Positions 36,359 to 46,700 of a stretch of DNA of 64,000 bases are shown piece after piece. Location: positions 15,854-79,853 of the forward strand of contig JAZLBO010000022.1 in NCBI GenBank assembly GCA_045613765.1. The letters are read 5' to 3'. Source of the DNA: Clostridia bacterium (lineage in GTDB: Bacteria > Bacillota > Clostridia > Christensenellales > CAG-917). The notes beneath the pieces are model-generated. The model did no database searches, was not told the DNA's origin, and worked only from the letters and a program-made list of their open reading frames with translations. The translations under genes and the position numbers were made by a program. How positions within the stretch are numbered: position 1 is the first letter of the stretch; each line of letters begins with the position of its first letter.

Positions 36359-37132
36359 CTATTTCATCTTATAAAATAGCGTTTTTGTGTTTTTGTTGGT
36401 TATTGATGCAAGTTCAGTTTTGTCTATACCAAGTATTTCACTTGCTTTTTCAAGGACAAGTGCAGTGTATTTTGGCTCGTTGATTTTGCCCCTAAAAGGA
36501 ACAGGTGTCATGTATGGTGCATCTGTTTCAAAGAGCAATCTATCAAGTGGAACTGCCTTCAAAGACTCAATGTTGTGCACTGCATTTTTGAAGGTTATTG
36601 GGCCACCAAATGCAAAGTATGCATCATATTTTGAAAAGACTTTGACCATCTCACTTGATCCAGAATAACAGTGCAAAAGCACCCCGTTTGTGAGAAGATG
36701 CTTGTTGTCTTCAAGTATTCTTTCAGTGTCGCCGTATGCCTCACGGACGTGAAGTGCGATAGGCAATTTCAATGAATATGCCATTTCAATTTGCTCTTGA
36801 AACACCTTTTGTTGCACGTCTCTTGGGGACAAATCGTAGTGATAGTCAAGCCCAATTTCGCCCACTGCCACAACCTTTGGAGAGGTGGCAAGACCCCTAA
36901 ATTCATCATAGATTTCAGGTGTCATCAATCGGCTATCGTGGGGGTGCATACCCACTATTGCATAGACCTTTTCGTACTTGTCTGCAATTTCCACGCCAAC
37001 AGCAGAAGACGGCAGGTCGTAGCCTACCGTAATCACGCTTTCTATTCCGTGTTCGCCAAGTCCGTTGACGATTTCGTCAACTATTGGAAAAAGGCGTTCA
37101 TCAGTCAAATGGCAGTGGCTGTCAATGATCAT
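36359..37132 (-). CDS. TatD-family metal-dependent hydrolase/DNase
   Basis: ORF track extends to 37207. ATG 37132 (MIIDSHCHL...) overlaps the metG stop by 1 nt (TAATG). HCHL, GEIGLDYHY, HVREA, LFETDAPY motifs. Confidence 0.9.
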   Translation of the reverse strand: MIIDSHCHLTDERLFPIVDEIVNGLGEHGIESVITVGYDLPSSAVGVEIADKYEKVYAIVGMHPHDSRLMTPEIYDEFRGLATSPKVVAVGEIGLDYHYDLSPRDVQQKVFQEQIEMAYSLKLPIALHVREAYGDTERILEDNKHLLTNGVLLHCYSGSSEMVKVFSKYDAYFAFGGPITFKNAVHNIESLKAVPLDRLLFETDAPYMTPVPFRGKINEPKYTALVLEKASEILGIDKTELASITNKNTKTLFYKMK

Positions 37133-39075
37133 TATCTTACCGTTGCGCCACTGGGCATTTTCTTTTCGGGTGTGACAAGGACGATTTCTTCGTCTGTGCA
37201 AGCACAAAGAAGCATACCTTGGCTTTCAATTCCACAAAGTTTTGCAGGTTTCAAGTTGCTGACAACAACCACTTGCTTGCCAATCATTTCATCGGGGTTG
37301 TAGTATTTTGCAATGCCACTGACGATTGTGCGAGTTTCTTCACCAATCTTTACTGCAAACTTCAAGAGTTTGTTGGCTTTGGGCACTTTCTCTGCCTCAA
37401 CGATTTCGCCAACACGAAGTTGAACTTTCATAAAATCTTCAATGCCGATTTCGCTGATTGCCACAACGTTTTCTGCCTTTTCAACTTTTGTTTCTTTGGG
37501 TTTGCGTGCTTCGTACATTGCATTGACCTTTTCGCTGATTTCCTTTTGGTCAAGACGCTTGAAAAGGATTTCGGGATTTGACGTGACCTTTGTGCCGTCT
37601 TTGAGAAGACCAAATTTGTCAAGATCTGCAAAGGGTCTTGCTTCTACGCCAAATTCTGCATAGACTTTCTTTGCAGTTTCGGGCATGAAACTTTCAAGGA
37701 GTGTTGTGCCGATTATAATGCTTTCTGCAAGGTTGTAAAGAACTGTTGCAAGTCTATCTTGCTTGGTTTCGTCCTTTGCAAGTGCCCAAGGCATTGTTTC
37801 ATCAATATATTTGTTGGCTCTACGGAAGATTGTAAAGACGTCTGCAAGTGCATCTGCAACTCTATATCCGTCAATCTTGTCTGCGACTTTCTTGTATGCG
37901 CCTGTGACAACTGCTTTGAGTTCATTGTCAACGTCTTCAACAACACCCTTGTTTTCAAGGACGCCATCAAAGTACTTGTTGGACATTGCGATTGTTCTGC
38001 TGACAAGGTTGCCATATACGTTGGCAAGTTCACTGTTGATGGTTTCTGTGACCATATCCCAGTTGATGACGCCGTCATTGTCATAAGGCATTTGTGAGAG
38101 CAAGAAGTATCTCACTGCATCAACGCCATAGAAGTCAACAAGGTCGTCTGCATAGATGACGTTGCCTGTTGATTTTGACATTTTGCCACCGTCTTGAAGA
38201 AGCCAAGGATGTCCGTAAATTTGTTTGGGGAGAGGTTCGCCCATAGCCATAAGGAAGATGGGCCAATAGATTGCGTGGAAACGTACGATATCCTTGCCGA
38301 TAACGTGAACATCTGCAGGCCAATACTTTTTGTAAAGGTCACCGTGATTGCCGTCAACGTCAAAGTTTATGCCCGTAATGTAGTTTGAAAGTGCGTCAAG
38401 CCACACATAAACTACGTGTTTTGCATCAAACTCCACTGGAATACCCCATGTAAATGATGTTCTTGAAACACACAAATCTTGAAGACCGGGCTTCAAGAAG
38501 TTGTTGACCATTTCGTTCTTTCTTGACACGGGAACGATAAAGTCGGGGTGGGTGTTGTAGTATTCCATAAGTTGATCGGCATACTTGCTCATCTTAAAGA
38601 AATATGCTTCTTCTTCTGCCACGTGGACTTCTCTGCCACAGTCGGGACACTTGCCGTCAACAAGTTGGCTTTCTGTCCAGAAAGACTCACAGGGTGTACA
38701 ATACCAGCCGTGGTATGAACCCTTGTAGATGTCCCCTTGATCGTAGAATTTTTTGAACATCTTTTTGATTTGTTTTTCGTGATATTCATCTGTTGTACGA
38801 ATAAACTTATCGTAAGACGTGTTCATCAAATCCCAAATATTCTTTATGCCACCTGCAACTTCGTCAACAAATTGCTTGGGTGTCTTGCCTGCTGCTGCAG
38901 CCTTGAGTTCGATCTTTTCGCCGTGTTCGTCTGTGCCTGTTTGGAAGAAAACGTCGTATCCTTGGGCGCGCTTAAATCTTGCCAAAAGGTCTGCGAGTAC
39001 GATTTCATAGGTGTTGCCTATATGAGGCTTGCCTGATGTATAGGCGATTGCTGTGGTGATATAATATTTTTCCAT
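37132..39075 (-). CDS. metG: methionine--tRNA ligase with C-terminal tRNA-binding (EMAP-like) domain
   Basis: ATG 39075 follows GGAGGA. AYTSGKPHIGNTYE (HIGH-type), KMSKSTGN (KMSKS), zinc knuckle CTPCE...CPDCG. C-terminus VGEIVEAEKVPKANKLLKF... Confidence 0.95.
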   Translation of the reverse strand: MEKYYITTAIAYTSGKPHIGNTYEIVLADLLARFKRAQGYDVFFQTGTDEHGEKIELKAAAAGKTPKQFVDEVAGGIKNIWDLMNTSYDKFIRTTDEYHEKQIKKMFKKFYDQGDIYKGSYHGWYCTPCESFWTESQLVDGKCPDCGREVHVAEEEAYFFKMSKYADQLMEYYNTHPDFIVPVSRKNEMVNNFLKPGLQDLCVSRTSFTWGIPVEFDAKHVVYVWLDALSNYITGINFDVDGNHGDLYKKYWPADVHVIGKDIVRFHAIYWPIFLMAMGEPLPKQIYGHPWLLQDGGKMSKSTGNVIYADDLVDFYGVDAVRYFLLSQMPYDNDGVINWDMVTETINSELANVYGNLVSRTIAMSNKYFDGVLENKGVVEDVDNELKAVVTGAYKKVADKIDGYRVADALADVFTIFRRANKYIDETMPWALAKDETKQDRLATVLYNLAESIIIGTTLLESFMPETAKKVYAEFGVEARPFADLDKFGLLKDGTKVTSNPEILFKRLDQKEISEKVNAMYEARKPKETKVEKAENVVAISEIGIEDFMKVQLRVGEIVEAEKVPKANKLLKFAVKIGEETRTIVSGIAKYYNPDEMIGKQVVVVSNLKPAKLCGIESQGMLLCACTDEEIVLVTPEKKMPSGATVR

Positions 39076-39195
39076 ATAACCTTCCTCCGGCAAATGAGCC
39101 GAATTTATAATATTTAGTGAGAAATATTATACCCCCAAATTCGACTTTTGTAAACCAAAACGAATATCAAGTGGATTTTGCGAGTAAAATATTGT

Positions 39196-39873
39196 ATGAA
39201 TTTGGTGTTTTCAGTGCTACTTCTTGCCTCGGGGATATTTATGCTCATATCAAACCCCACAGAGATTTTCCCCACTATGATTGATGGCGTGGGCAGTGCC
39301 ATAAATCTGCTTATAAAACTGATTGCCATATATTCTATATGGCTTTCTCTCCTGAAAATCATGGAAAAGACGGGGCTTGACGCCAAATTATCACGTATTC
39401 TGCACCCCGTCATCAAAAGATTGTTCAAGGGGGAGAAAGATGAAACGTACAAGTGGATTTCTGTCAACCTTGCGTCAAATATGTTGGGTATGGGTGGTGC
39501 AAGCACACCTGCAGGCATAAAAGCAATGGAACTTATGGAAAAAGATGGCAGAGCAACTGGCAATATGGACTTGCTTGTTGTGATAAATGCCACCTCAATC
39601 CAACTTATCCCTGCAACAGTCATTGCACTTAGAGCAACGGCAGGAAGTGACAACCCATCATCAATTATACTGCCCACACTCATATCTTCAACCATTGCAA
39701 CAGTGGCAGGCGTTGTGCTTTGTAAGGTCTTTGAAAAGAAAGGCGAAAACAATCCACAAACACTGTCAAAAGGCAGTGCAAGGTTGAAAAGGACAAAAAT
39801 AAAACAACTTCAAAAGACAATGAAGTTGCACCACAAATCAAGTGAAAAACTGAAAAAGGATAGAAGACAATGA
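39196..39873 (+). CDS. spmA: spore maturation protein A (nucleoside-recognition-domain membrane protein)
   Basis: ATG 39196 (MNLVFSVLLLASG...). LIKLIAIYSIWLSLLKIMEKTGL...NMLGMGGASTPAGIKAM. Basic C-terminal tail. Confidence 0.85.
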   Translation: MNLVFSVLLLASGIFMLISNPTEIFPTMIDGVGSAINLLIKLIAIYSIWLSLLKIMEKTGLDAKLSRILHPVIKRLFKGEKDETYKWISVNLASNMLGMGGASTPAGIKAMELMEKDGRATGNMDLLVVINATSIQLIPATVIALRATAGSDNPSSIILPTLISSTIATVAGVVLCKVFEKKGENNPQTLSKGSARLKRTKIKQLQKTMKLHHKSSEKLKKDRRQ

Positions 39874-40376
39874 GCGTGTACGTCCTGCCAATATTCATCA
39901 TTGCATTGTCCCTTTTTGCAGTGTATAAAAAAGTCAAAATTTACGATTGTTTCCTTGATGGCACAAAGGAGGCACTATCACTTGTAAAGACAGTTTTTCC
40001 GTATATCGCAACCATATACATTGTCATAATGTTGTTCAAAACAAGTGGCTTGTCCACCCACATGACCAACGCTTTGGCAACCCCTCTGGGCTATCTTGGA
40101 ATACCCAAAGAAATCACGGAAATTATGTTGCTCGTGCCAATCAGTGGCAACGGCACAATCGCCCTTCTTGAAGAAGTGATCGCCACCCACGGTGCAGACA
40201 GTTATATAGCAAGATGCGCAGCAGTTGTGGCAGGTGGCAGTGAAACAATATTCTACATATCGGCAGTTTATCTGTCAAAATGTCAAGTTAAACGCCTAAA
40301 TCGTGCAATTCCCATTTCTCTGTTCTGTACACTTATAGGTGTCGTGCTCGCTTGCGCCCTGTGTAGAATAATGTAG
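39870..40376 (+). CDS. spmB: spore maturation protein B
   Basis: 168 aa. ATGA overlap with spmA. FLDGTKEALSLVKTVFPYIATIYIVIMLFKTSGL... Confidence 0.85.
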   Translation: MSVYVLPIFIIALSLFAVYKKVKIYDCFLDGTKEALSLVKTVFPYIATIYIVIMLFKTSGLSTHMTNALATPLGYLGIPKEITEIMLLVPISGNGTIALLEEVIATHGADSYIARCAAVVAGGSETIFYISAVYLSKCQVKRLNRAIPISLFCTLIGVVLACALCRIM

Positions 40377-40416
40377 GAATACTCTAAAAAATCATATATA
40401 TTCTTTATCAAAGTGA

Positions 40417-40830
40417 GTGCGAACATATCAATTTAGGATTCCCCCCTTCCTCATGTGTTTCCCCCCATTTGCCTATGGCAAAGCCCTACGGGCAGGGGCA
40501 CTCGACGCGATTGACTTCGTAGCAATCGCTATTCCGTCACTTTGTTCCTTACGGCACGCGCACATTAAGTGTCGTTCTCTCATTATGTCACTTGCCACTT
40601 GGGTGGGAAAAACAGGATCCCCAAGTGGCTGGCGTACTTTCATCTGGTGCTTGGCACTCGCTATGTAGGAGTGTGTGGCGACGCGATTATAAATCGCTAT
40701 TCCGTCGCACACTCCTTACCCGTTCCGTCTTTGAATAAGTGAGTGCTTGTATAAGTACCCACGCTCATGCCGTAAACCCTTTTATTTCGGGTGCACGTGG
40801 CTACGCTCCCTTTTTAGAACATAAAAACGC
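40417..40830 (+). other. GC-rich structured intergenic element, copy B (candidate ncRNA/repeat, internally duplicated)
   Basis: No credible ORF. Stems CCACTTGGG/CCCAAGTGG (40594-40629) and GGAGTGTG..GCGACG/CGTCGC-ACACTCC (40668-40716). Block GGCACTCG...ACGCGATT..AATCGCTATTCCGTC occurs twice (40497-40540 and 40653-40710). Confidence 0.5.
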
Positions 40831-40889
40831 AATATTTGGATGAAGAACAAGGAAAGAAAAATTCTATAATACAGTGCGTTTCATAAAAA

Positions 40890-41003
40890 GGCATCACAAA
40901 GATGTATAATGCGAAAAGCCCCCTATATACCGACCGACGTGTACTTGGCGTACATGAGGGTGGGATATAGGGGGCTTGACAAAATTAGACGCTTTGTGAT
41001 GAC
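40890..41003 (-). terminator. long compound hairpin downstream of 41007..41204 (probable terminator/3' structure)
   Basis: Inner 12-bp stem AGCCCCCTATAT/ATATAGGGGGCT and outer CATCACAAAG/CTTTGTGATG. TTTT follows on the minus strand. Confidence 0.5.
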
Positions 41004-41006
41004 TTT

Positions 41007-41204
41007 TTATTCGATGGTGGCATTCAACTCTGCCAACAACTCATCAATGTCAACACCGTGAACAACGGCGATGTCACCGATTGTTTCTTGATGTGCAAGT
41101 GCACAACCGAGGCAATGGAGTCCTGCGTTTTGGAGAACTTTTGCCACTTTTTCAGGGTTACCGATGTTGAGTGCATCGAAGATAAGAGTGTCTTTGGTGA
41201 TCAT
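41007..41204 (-). CDS. DUF1858 / hybrid-cluster-protein-associated redox disulfide domain protein
   Basis: 65 aa. MITKDTLIFDAL...GLHCLGCALAHQETIGDIAVVHGVDIDELLAELN. RBS GGAGG. Confidence 0.8.
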   Translation of the reverse strand: MITKDTLIFDALNIGNPEKVAKVLQNAGLHCLGCALAHQETIGDIAVVHGVDIDELLAELNATIE

Positions 41205-41229
41205 AATATATACCTCCGTGTGATTAATC

Positions 41230-42261
41230 TTATTGGGTCAAATACATGTATACAATAAATCCTATGATGGCGAGGACAAAGAGAACAACACTTGCGACCT
41301 TGACAGGTGACAAGGGATACTTGCCGTAGGAACGTCCCGTTCTGCCATTGACGATATAGCGATATTCCTTTTCCTTGTGCTTGCAACCAAACATATAGAT
41401 GGGCACGAGTGCATAGTTGAATCCAATGTCGCTATATGAAATGTCGGCATTAAATGAGCCAACGACGTCATAAGTGTAGTTGGACAAGACTTCGTTTTTG
41501 ATGATTTCTTGCATAACTTCCTTTGCCTTCAAGAAACCTTGGTCAAGGCTCTCGTTGTTGCGTTCTGCAGAGAAACCTGCAACATACTCTTGCTTGTATG
41601 CTTCAAGGTTGGCAAGGTCAAATGGATTGATCTTTTGGATTTCACCTTGTGTGATATGTCTTGTTGCCTCAACAAGCACGTTTTTGAATGCTCTTGCAAA
41701 GTCGCCACTGACTGTAAACCATCTTGTGTATGTGCGACGGTTTTTGCCAGAGCCGGTTGAGCAAGTCTTACCAAGACGTGCCGTGTATTTAGTATGTGTG
41801 TTTGTTGCAAAAACATAAGAGGGGATATAAAGTCCTTCAAGATTTTCTGCTTTGAAGTTCTTTTTGAAAGAGCCAAGGGCAAAAACTTTGGACTTAATCC
41901 ACTTCTTTCCTGCCTCCATTGCCATTTCTTTTGTGTAAAGGAAAGGCAAAATGCCGTCAGGGTTTAATCCCTCGACGGCTGGTGTTTTTACAACGTTTGT
42001 TGCAGAACAGAAAGGACACTTTGTTGCTGTCACATAAGCGTCGAAATCCACTTCGCCACCACAGTTGGGACAGACATACTTGTATGCGTTTGTGTCCGTG
42101 ACGCTGTTGGCTCTTTCTGCGTGAAAATCTTTCTTAGGTGCAGGTGCTTTTTCTATTTCTTTTTTGCCATCACAGTAAGGGCAGATAAGACCCTGTGTTT
42201 TGGGGTCGAACACCATATCTGCCCCACAGTTTGGACATTTGATTACGTGTGTATTTTTCAT
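41230..42261 (-). CDS. YdjG-like zinc-ribbon protein with C-terminal TM anchor
   Basis: 343 aa. CPNCG...CPYC and CPNCGG...CPFC ribbons. C-terminal helix VASVVLFVLAIIGFIVYMYL. Follows the YdjI-like gene by 3 nt. Confidence 0.75.
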   Translation of the reverse strand: MKNTHVIKCPNCGADMVFDPKTQGLICPYCDGKKEIEKAPAPKKDFHAERANSVTDTNAYKYVCPNCGGEVDFDAYVTATKCPFCSATNVVKTPAVEGLNPDGILPFLYTKEMAMEAGKKWIKSKVFALGSFKKNFKAENLEGLYIPSYVFATNTHTKYTARLGKTCSTGSGKNRRTYTRWFTVSGDFARAFKNVLVEATRHITQGEIQKINPFDLANLEAYKQEYVAGFSAERNNESLDQGFLKAKEVMQEIIKNEVLSNYTYDVVGSFNADISYSDIGFNYALVPIYMFGCKHKEKEYRYIVNGRTGRSYGKYPLSPVKVASVVLFVLAIIGFIVYMYLTQ

Positions 42262-42264
42262 AAA

Positions 42265-43392
42265 TTATTTGACTTTATATCCACATTCAGGGCAGAACTT
42301 TGCACTGCCTTTGATTTCTGCTTTACAGCCGGGGCAAACTGTCTTTGTGGGTGCTCCACATTCGGGACAGAACTTGCTTCCTTCGGGGATATTTGCCTTG
42401 CAGTTGCCACAGACAGCTGTTGCGCCTGCGTTGTTCTTTTCACCACAATTGGGGCAGAATTTTGCATTTGCAGACATTTTAGCGCCACATTTTGCACATT
42501 GAACTGTCTTTTCTGCAGGTTGTGCAGTCATTGCTGCGTTAAGGTTTTGTGCAAATCCTGCGCCAATGGTTGAGCCTGCGCCAAGGCCTACTCCCATGCC
42601 TGCGAACATGCCTGCTGCACCGGGATTTTTGGCTGCGTCACGCATTGCTGCAACACTTTCGTATTGTGCATAAGCACTCATCTTGTCGCCCATGATACCA
42701 AGGGTTGTACGCTTGTCCATGGCTTGTTCAACTTCTTCAGGAAGTTTGAGATTCTTGATGATGACTTCGTCTGCTGCAACACCGAGTTTTGCAAATTTTT
42801 CTTTGACCTTTTCTCTTGCTGTATCGCCAAGTTCACGATAGTTTGATGCAAGGTCAAGTGCAGGGATTTCACATTCGCCAAGAAGGTCTGTGACTTCCAT
42901 AAGGATGATGTCTTTCAAGTATTCATGGATTGTGTCTGATGAATATGAACGGACTGTGCCAAAACATTCTCTCATAAACACTGAAGGATTTTCAACGTGG
43001 AATGAGTATTCGCCGTGACCTTTGATACGGATCATGCCGAATTCCTTATCTCTCAACATAATGGGATTGACTGTGCCCCATTTCATATCAATGAATTGCT
43101 TGAGGTTGACGAAGTAGATGTCAACTCTATTGGGCATTTCCCATGCATACTTCCATGCTGCAAGTTTGCTGAGAATGGGGACGTTGTCTGTTTCGAGAGT
43201 CCATGTACCTGCTGTAAAGACGTCTGCGATTTGTCCTTGATATACAAAAATTGCTGCTTGGCTTTCACGAACGATAAGTTTTGACTTGTTCATGATTTCA
43301 TAGCGATCAGGAATTTCATACTTGTGTACCATTTGGTTTTGTGAAAATTCCCATTCTATAACCTTAAGTAAGTTCTTTTTGATAAAACCCAT
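42265..43392 (-). CDS. YdjI-like SPFH (stomatin/flotillin-type, COG4260) protein with triple C-terminal zinc ribbon
   Basis: 375 aa. LKVIEWEF...LIVRESQAAIFVYQGQ...VDIYFVNLKQF...KWGT resembles B. subtilis YdjI. C-terminus has three C-x2-C...FCP(N/E)CG ribbons. RBS AGGAGA. Confidence 0.8.
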   Translation of the reverse strand: MGFIKKNLLKVIEWEFSQNQMVHKYEIPDRYEIMNKSKLIVRESQAAIFVYQGQIADVFTAGTWTLETDNVPILSKLAAWKYAWEMPNRVDIYFVNLKQFIDMKWGTVNPIMLRDKEFGMIRIKGHGEYSFHVENPSVFMRECFGTVRSYSSDTIHEYLKDIILMEVTDLLGECEIPALDLASNYRELGDTAREKVKEKFAKLGVAADEVIIKNLKLPEEVEQAMDKRTTLGIMGDKMSAYAQYESVAAMRDAAKNPGAAGMFAGMGVGLGAGSTIGAGFAQNLNAAMTAQPAEKTVQCAKCGAKMSANAKFCPNCGEKNNAGATAVCGNCKANIPEGSKFCPECGAPTKTVCPGCKAEIKGSAKFCPECGYKVK

Positions 43393-43622
43393 AATAAATC
43401 TCCTATATTATATGTAGTTTTGTTTGTATTGTTTTTTTGTTTTGTGCAATTCAAGTCTTTTTGACTTTGTGATTATATTATACATTGGTTTTTGCCACAA
43501 ATAAATAACTTTTTTGTTAAAATAACCACATCTATTTTGCAACCAGCGCAAAATAACACATATTTATTCTATTATACCACTCAAATCGCCCCATTTCAAC
43601 AAATATTTTTAAGTATGGATAT

Positions 43623-43660
43623 AAAAAAAGCAAGGATTGGTTGCCCTTTCCTTGCTTTTT
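43623..43660 (-). terminator. rho-independent terminator of the giant gene
   Basis: AAGCAAGGA / TCCTTGCTT 9-bp stem. A7 on the plus strand gives a T-run on the minus strand. About 55 nt after the stop at 43714. Confidence 0.75.
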
Positions 43661-43713
43661 GCTTTTTGATGATGACATATCACCAAGGTGATATATCTGC
43701 TTTGATACGGCTT

Positions 43714-46700
43714 TTAGCCTGCGATTGTGATCTTCACTCTTTCGCCACTGCCGATTTGGACGTTGATGACTGCGTTGCTTGTGACGGTTGTGGGCATGAT
43801 TGTTGACACGTATGCGAAGACCTTTGAGAACTTGTCGCCATTTGCGTGTTTTTCCCAACCTGTACCACCGTTGGTTGCTGCGACAAACGTCACGTTGCCT
43901 TCACTGTCAACGACGGGATTTTCCACGGTAAAGGTGACTTTGAGTCCCTTGGGGAAACTGCCGAGTGAGAGATTGTAGCCTACTGATGCAACTCCGTTGA
44001 CAACTGCTGATGTGTATGCGCCAGTTGAGTATCTTGTTGCTTTGATCTTGGGTGATGCCACTCTTTCTTCGTCAACGTAATAGACTGTTGTGATCTTTGA
44101 CACTGTCATCTTTTGGACGAGGAAAGGAATGTTGAGGTTTTGTGAACTTCCGTCAGGACCTGTGAGCACTGCTGTGAGATATGTGATGCCACCGGTGTAT
44201 GTGGGACGGAAATCTCTCATTGACCATGCAAGTTTGTAGGTGTTGTTTGTTGTTGAGAATGTGATTTGTTCTGTGCCTGTGGCTGTCTTGACTTCAACTG
44301 TCAATGAATTGGGAAGGCTCAATGTTGATGAATAGTATTCATAGGGGTTGATGTATGTTTGAGTCTTGCCTGTGCTGTCTTGCCACATATAGCCTACGTT
44401 TGATGTAAGGCCACTATTTGCGCTTTCAACGATACCTACGGCTGTTCTGTCAATGATGACGAGTCTTGCTCTTACAGATTGTGTGCCGACGCCAAATTCG
44501 CTGCCGTCAAGGATTGCAGTGATGTTGTATGTTCCACCTTGGCAGTTGACCTTGGCAATGCCGAAGTCCCAAGTGACGGGAACATTGACTGTGTTGCCAC
44601 CTTCAACAGTGATTGTTGCTCTTGCAGGGAAATACTTGTAGTTGCCTGTTGAGAGTTGTTCAAAGACGTTGGGTGTGACGAAGGGGTCAAACGTGAAGGT
44701 CAAAGTGTTGTCTGTGACTTCCATATAACTTGACACTGCATCACTGTCAACAAAGTCTGTTGCATCTGCACTGATTGCCACTGCCGTGCCGTCAAGGACG
44801 AAGATGGGCACTTTGACTTCTGTTGATGCTCCACCGTTTGACACTGTTGCATAGACATAGTTGTCGCCACCCTTGACACTGAGTGCTGTTTGGTTTGCGT
44901 TCCAATCTACTTCAAGTTGTTGACTGACTGTGTAAACGAAGACGTATGTGTTTCTTGCTGTGCCTTGTACGTCAACCACTGTATAGGTCTTTGTTGTTGA
45001 ATCGTATTGATAGTAGGTGGGTGTGCCAATTCTATCTCCGTTGCCGTCCACTGCAACTCTGCCGTCAACGACTGTGCCGTTGCCAAGGACTTTGTAGAGA
45101 TATTCGCCAGTGGTCATGTATCTTGACATTCTATAACTATTTGATGCAACCTTGTTCCATTCTTCAAGTGAGATGAACTTGCCATCGGGGTAGAAGGTGG
45201 TTGTTGCAAGATAGTTGTTGGTATTGTACACACTGTTGCCGTTGTCTGCATCTTCATATACTTCAAATGAATCATAGAGCAAGTCGTTTGACATATTGTG
45301 AGATGCGATTGTGCTGTTGTGTCTTGTGACACTGACCTTCTTCACTGTAAATGTGAGTTCAAATGAGAAAAGTTCGAAGTCCATTGTGCTATTGGGATAG
45401 ACACGGGCTGTCACTTTGTATTCATTTGTGACTGTGACGTCAAAGTTTTGTGAGAGTTGGTCAATGCCGTCAAGGACAACGTAGTAGCGCTTGACTTCAC
45501 CTGTCTTTGCAAATGTGATGTCAATTTCATTGGGCATTGTTGTGCCTGCCACTGCAAAGCCATTGTAGAAGATGACTTCTGTGGGCATATTTGTCTTTGC
45601 ACTGTACACCACATCAACAAGGTTGCCGAGTGTGGTGTCTGTGCCGACGTATTTGATTGTGTAAGAACTGCGTGAATCTGTGCGTGTTGCCTTTTCAAAT
45701 TCAGGTGTGACAAATTCTGCTGATGAAACTTCTCTGCTCAAGACGACAACGGGGATATTGACTTGTTGTGTTGCGCCCATTACATAACGGCTATCGTCGT
45801 ATGTGCCACCAACTGCATCTGCTTCTGCCACTGTGCCGTAGCGCGTGATTTCAATGCCGTTTGACATGTAGGTGTACTTGACATAAGTTCCGTCTGTTGA
45901 AAGTGCGTATGATCTAAATGTGACCATATAACCGGGGTTTTCATAACCCTTTGCACTGATGAGTGAATCATCAGGCCATTCGGGAACAAATGTTGCCACT
46001 GTGCCGTCGCTGAGATATGCTTCGATTTCAAGAGGCAATCCAAGGCCACCTTCACGGAAGGTATCATAACGATAAGGATCAACTGTGATTGAACGATACA
46101 TGGGGTTGACGATCTTGTCGATTGTTCTGTCCATGACTTCGCAGTTGACTGTCATCTTTTGTGATCCACCGGGATATGTAAATGTGATGTCGAATGCCAA
46201 TGTCTTGCCGAAGTAGTTGACTGTGTTTGTAAACAAGTCTTGAGGCAATGTGTAGTCTGCGTTGACTGTGACGACTTCATAGATTTCTGTGCCGTCTGCT
46301 GCAGTGCCAACTGTTGCAAGAACTTGTTGTGCGCCCTTTCCAAAGAGTGTTGTTTCAACACCGAGAGGATCGATGACAAATGTTTCTGTCATGTTGACGT
46401 CTGCATAAGCAATCTTTGTTGCGCTGACTGAAAGCATAACCTTTGTTTCAAGTTTGACACCGTTTGCACTGATTTCAACGTTGACTGTGCCGTCTTCGTT
46501 CAAACCTGATGTGATGTTGCCGTTGTTGTCGTACTTGACTTTCCAGTTGAGTTTTGCAATGTATGAAACGCTCTTGCTTTCCTTGTCAGGATAGATTGTT
46601 GCACTTGTAGGAAGTCCGTTGTAGAACTTGTCTGCTGTCAATGTGTATGCAAGATCACCTGCTGTGCCAAGACCTTCAACTTCGTATGCGTATGCAACTG

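Noticed and set aside
39114-39752. 212-aa minus-strand ORF
   Set aside because: Entirely antisense to spmA, whose product has clear SpmA/nucleoside-recognition-domain similarity. The antisense translation is featureless (S/I/F/P-rich) and has no RBS.
40700-40760. Possible 5S rRNA fragment in element B (ACCCGTTCC...GAATAAGT resembles 5S ACCCGTTCCCAT..GGAAGTTAAG)
   Set aside because: The similarity is limited to about 9 contiguous nt. The conserved CCGAAC and GGAAGTTAAGC blocks and the 5S helix I pairing are absent.
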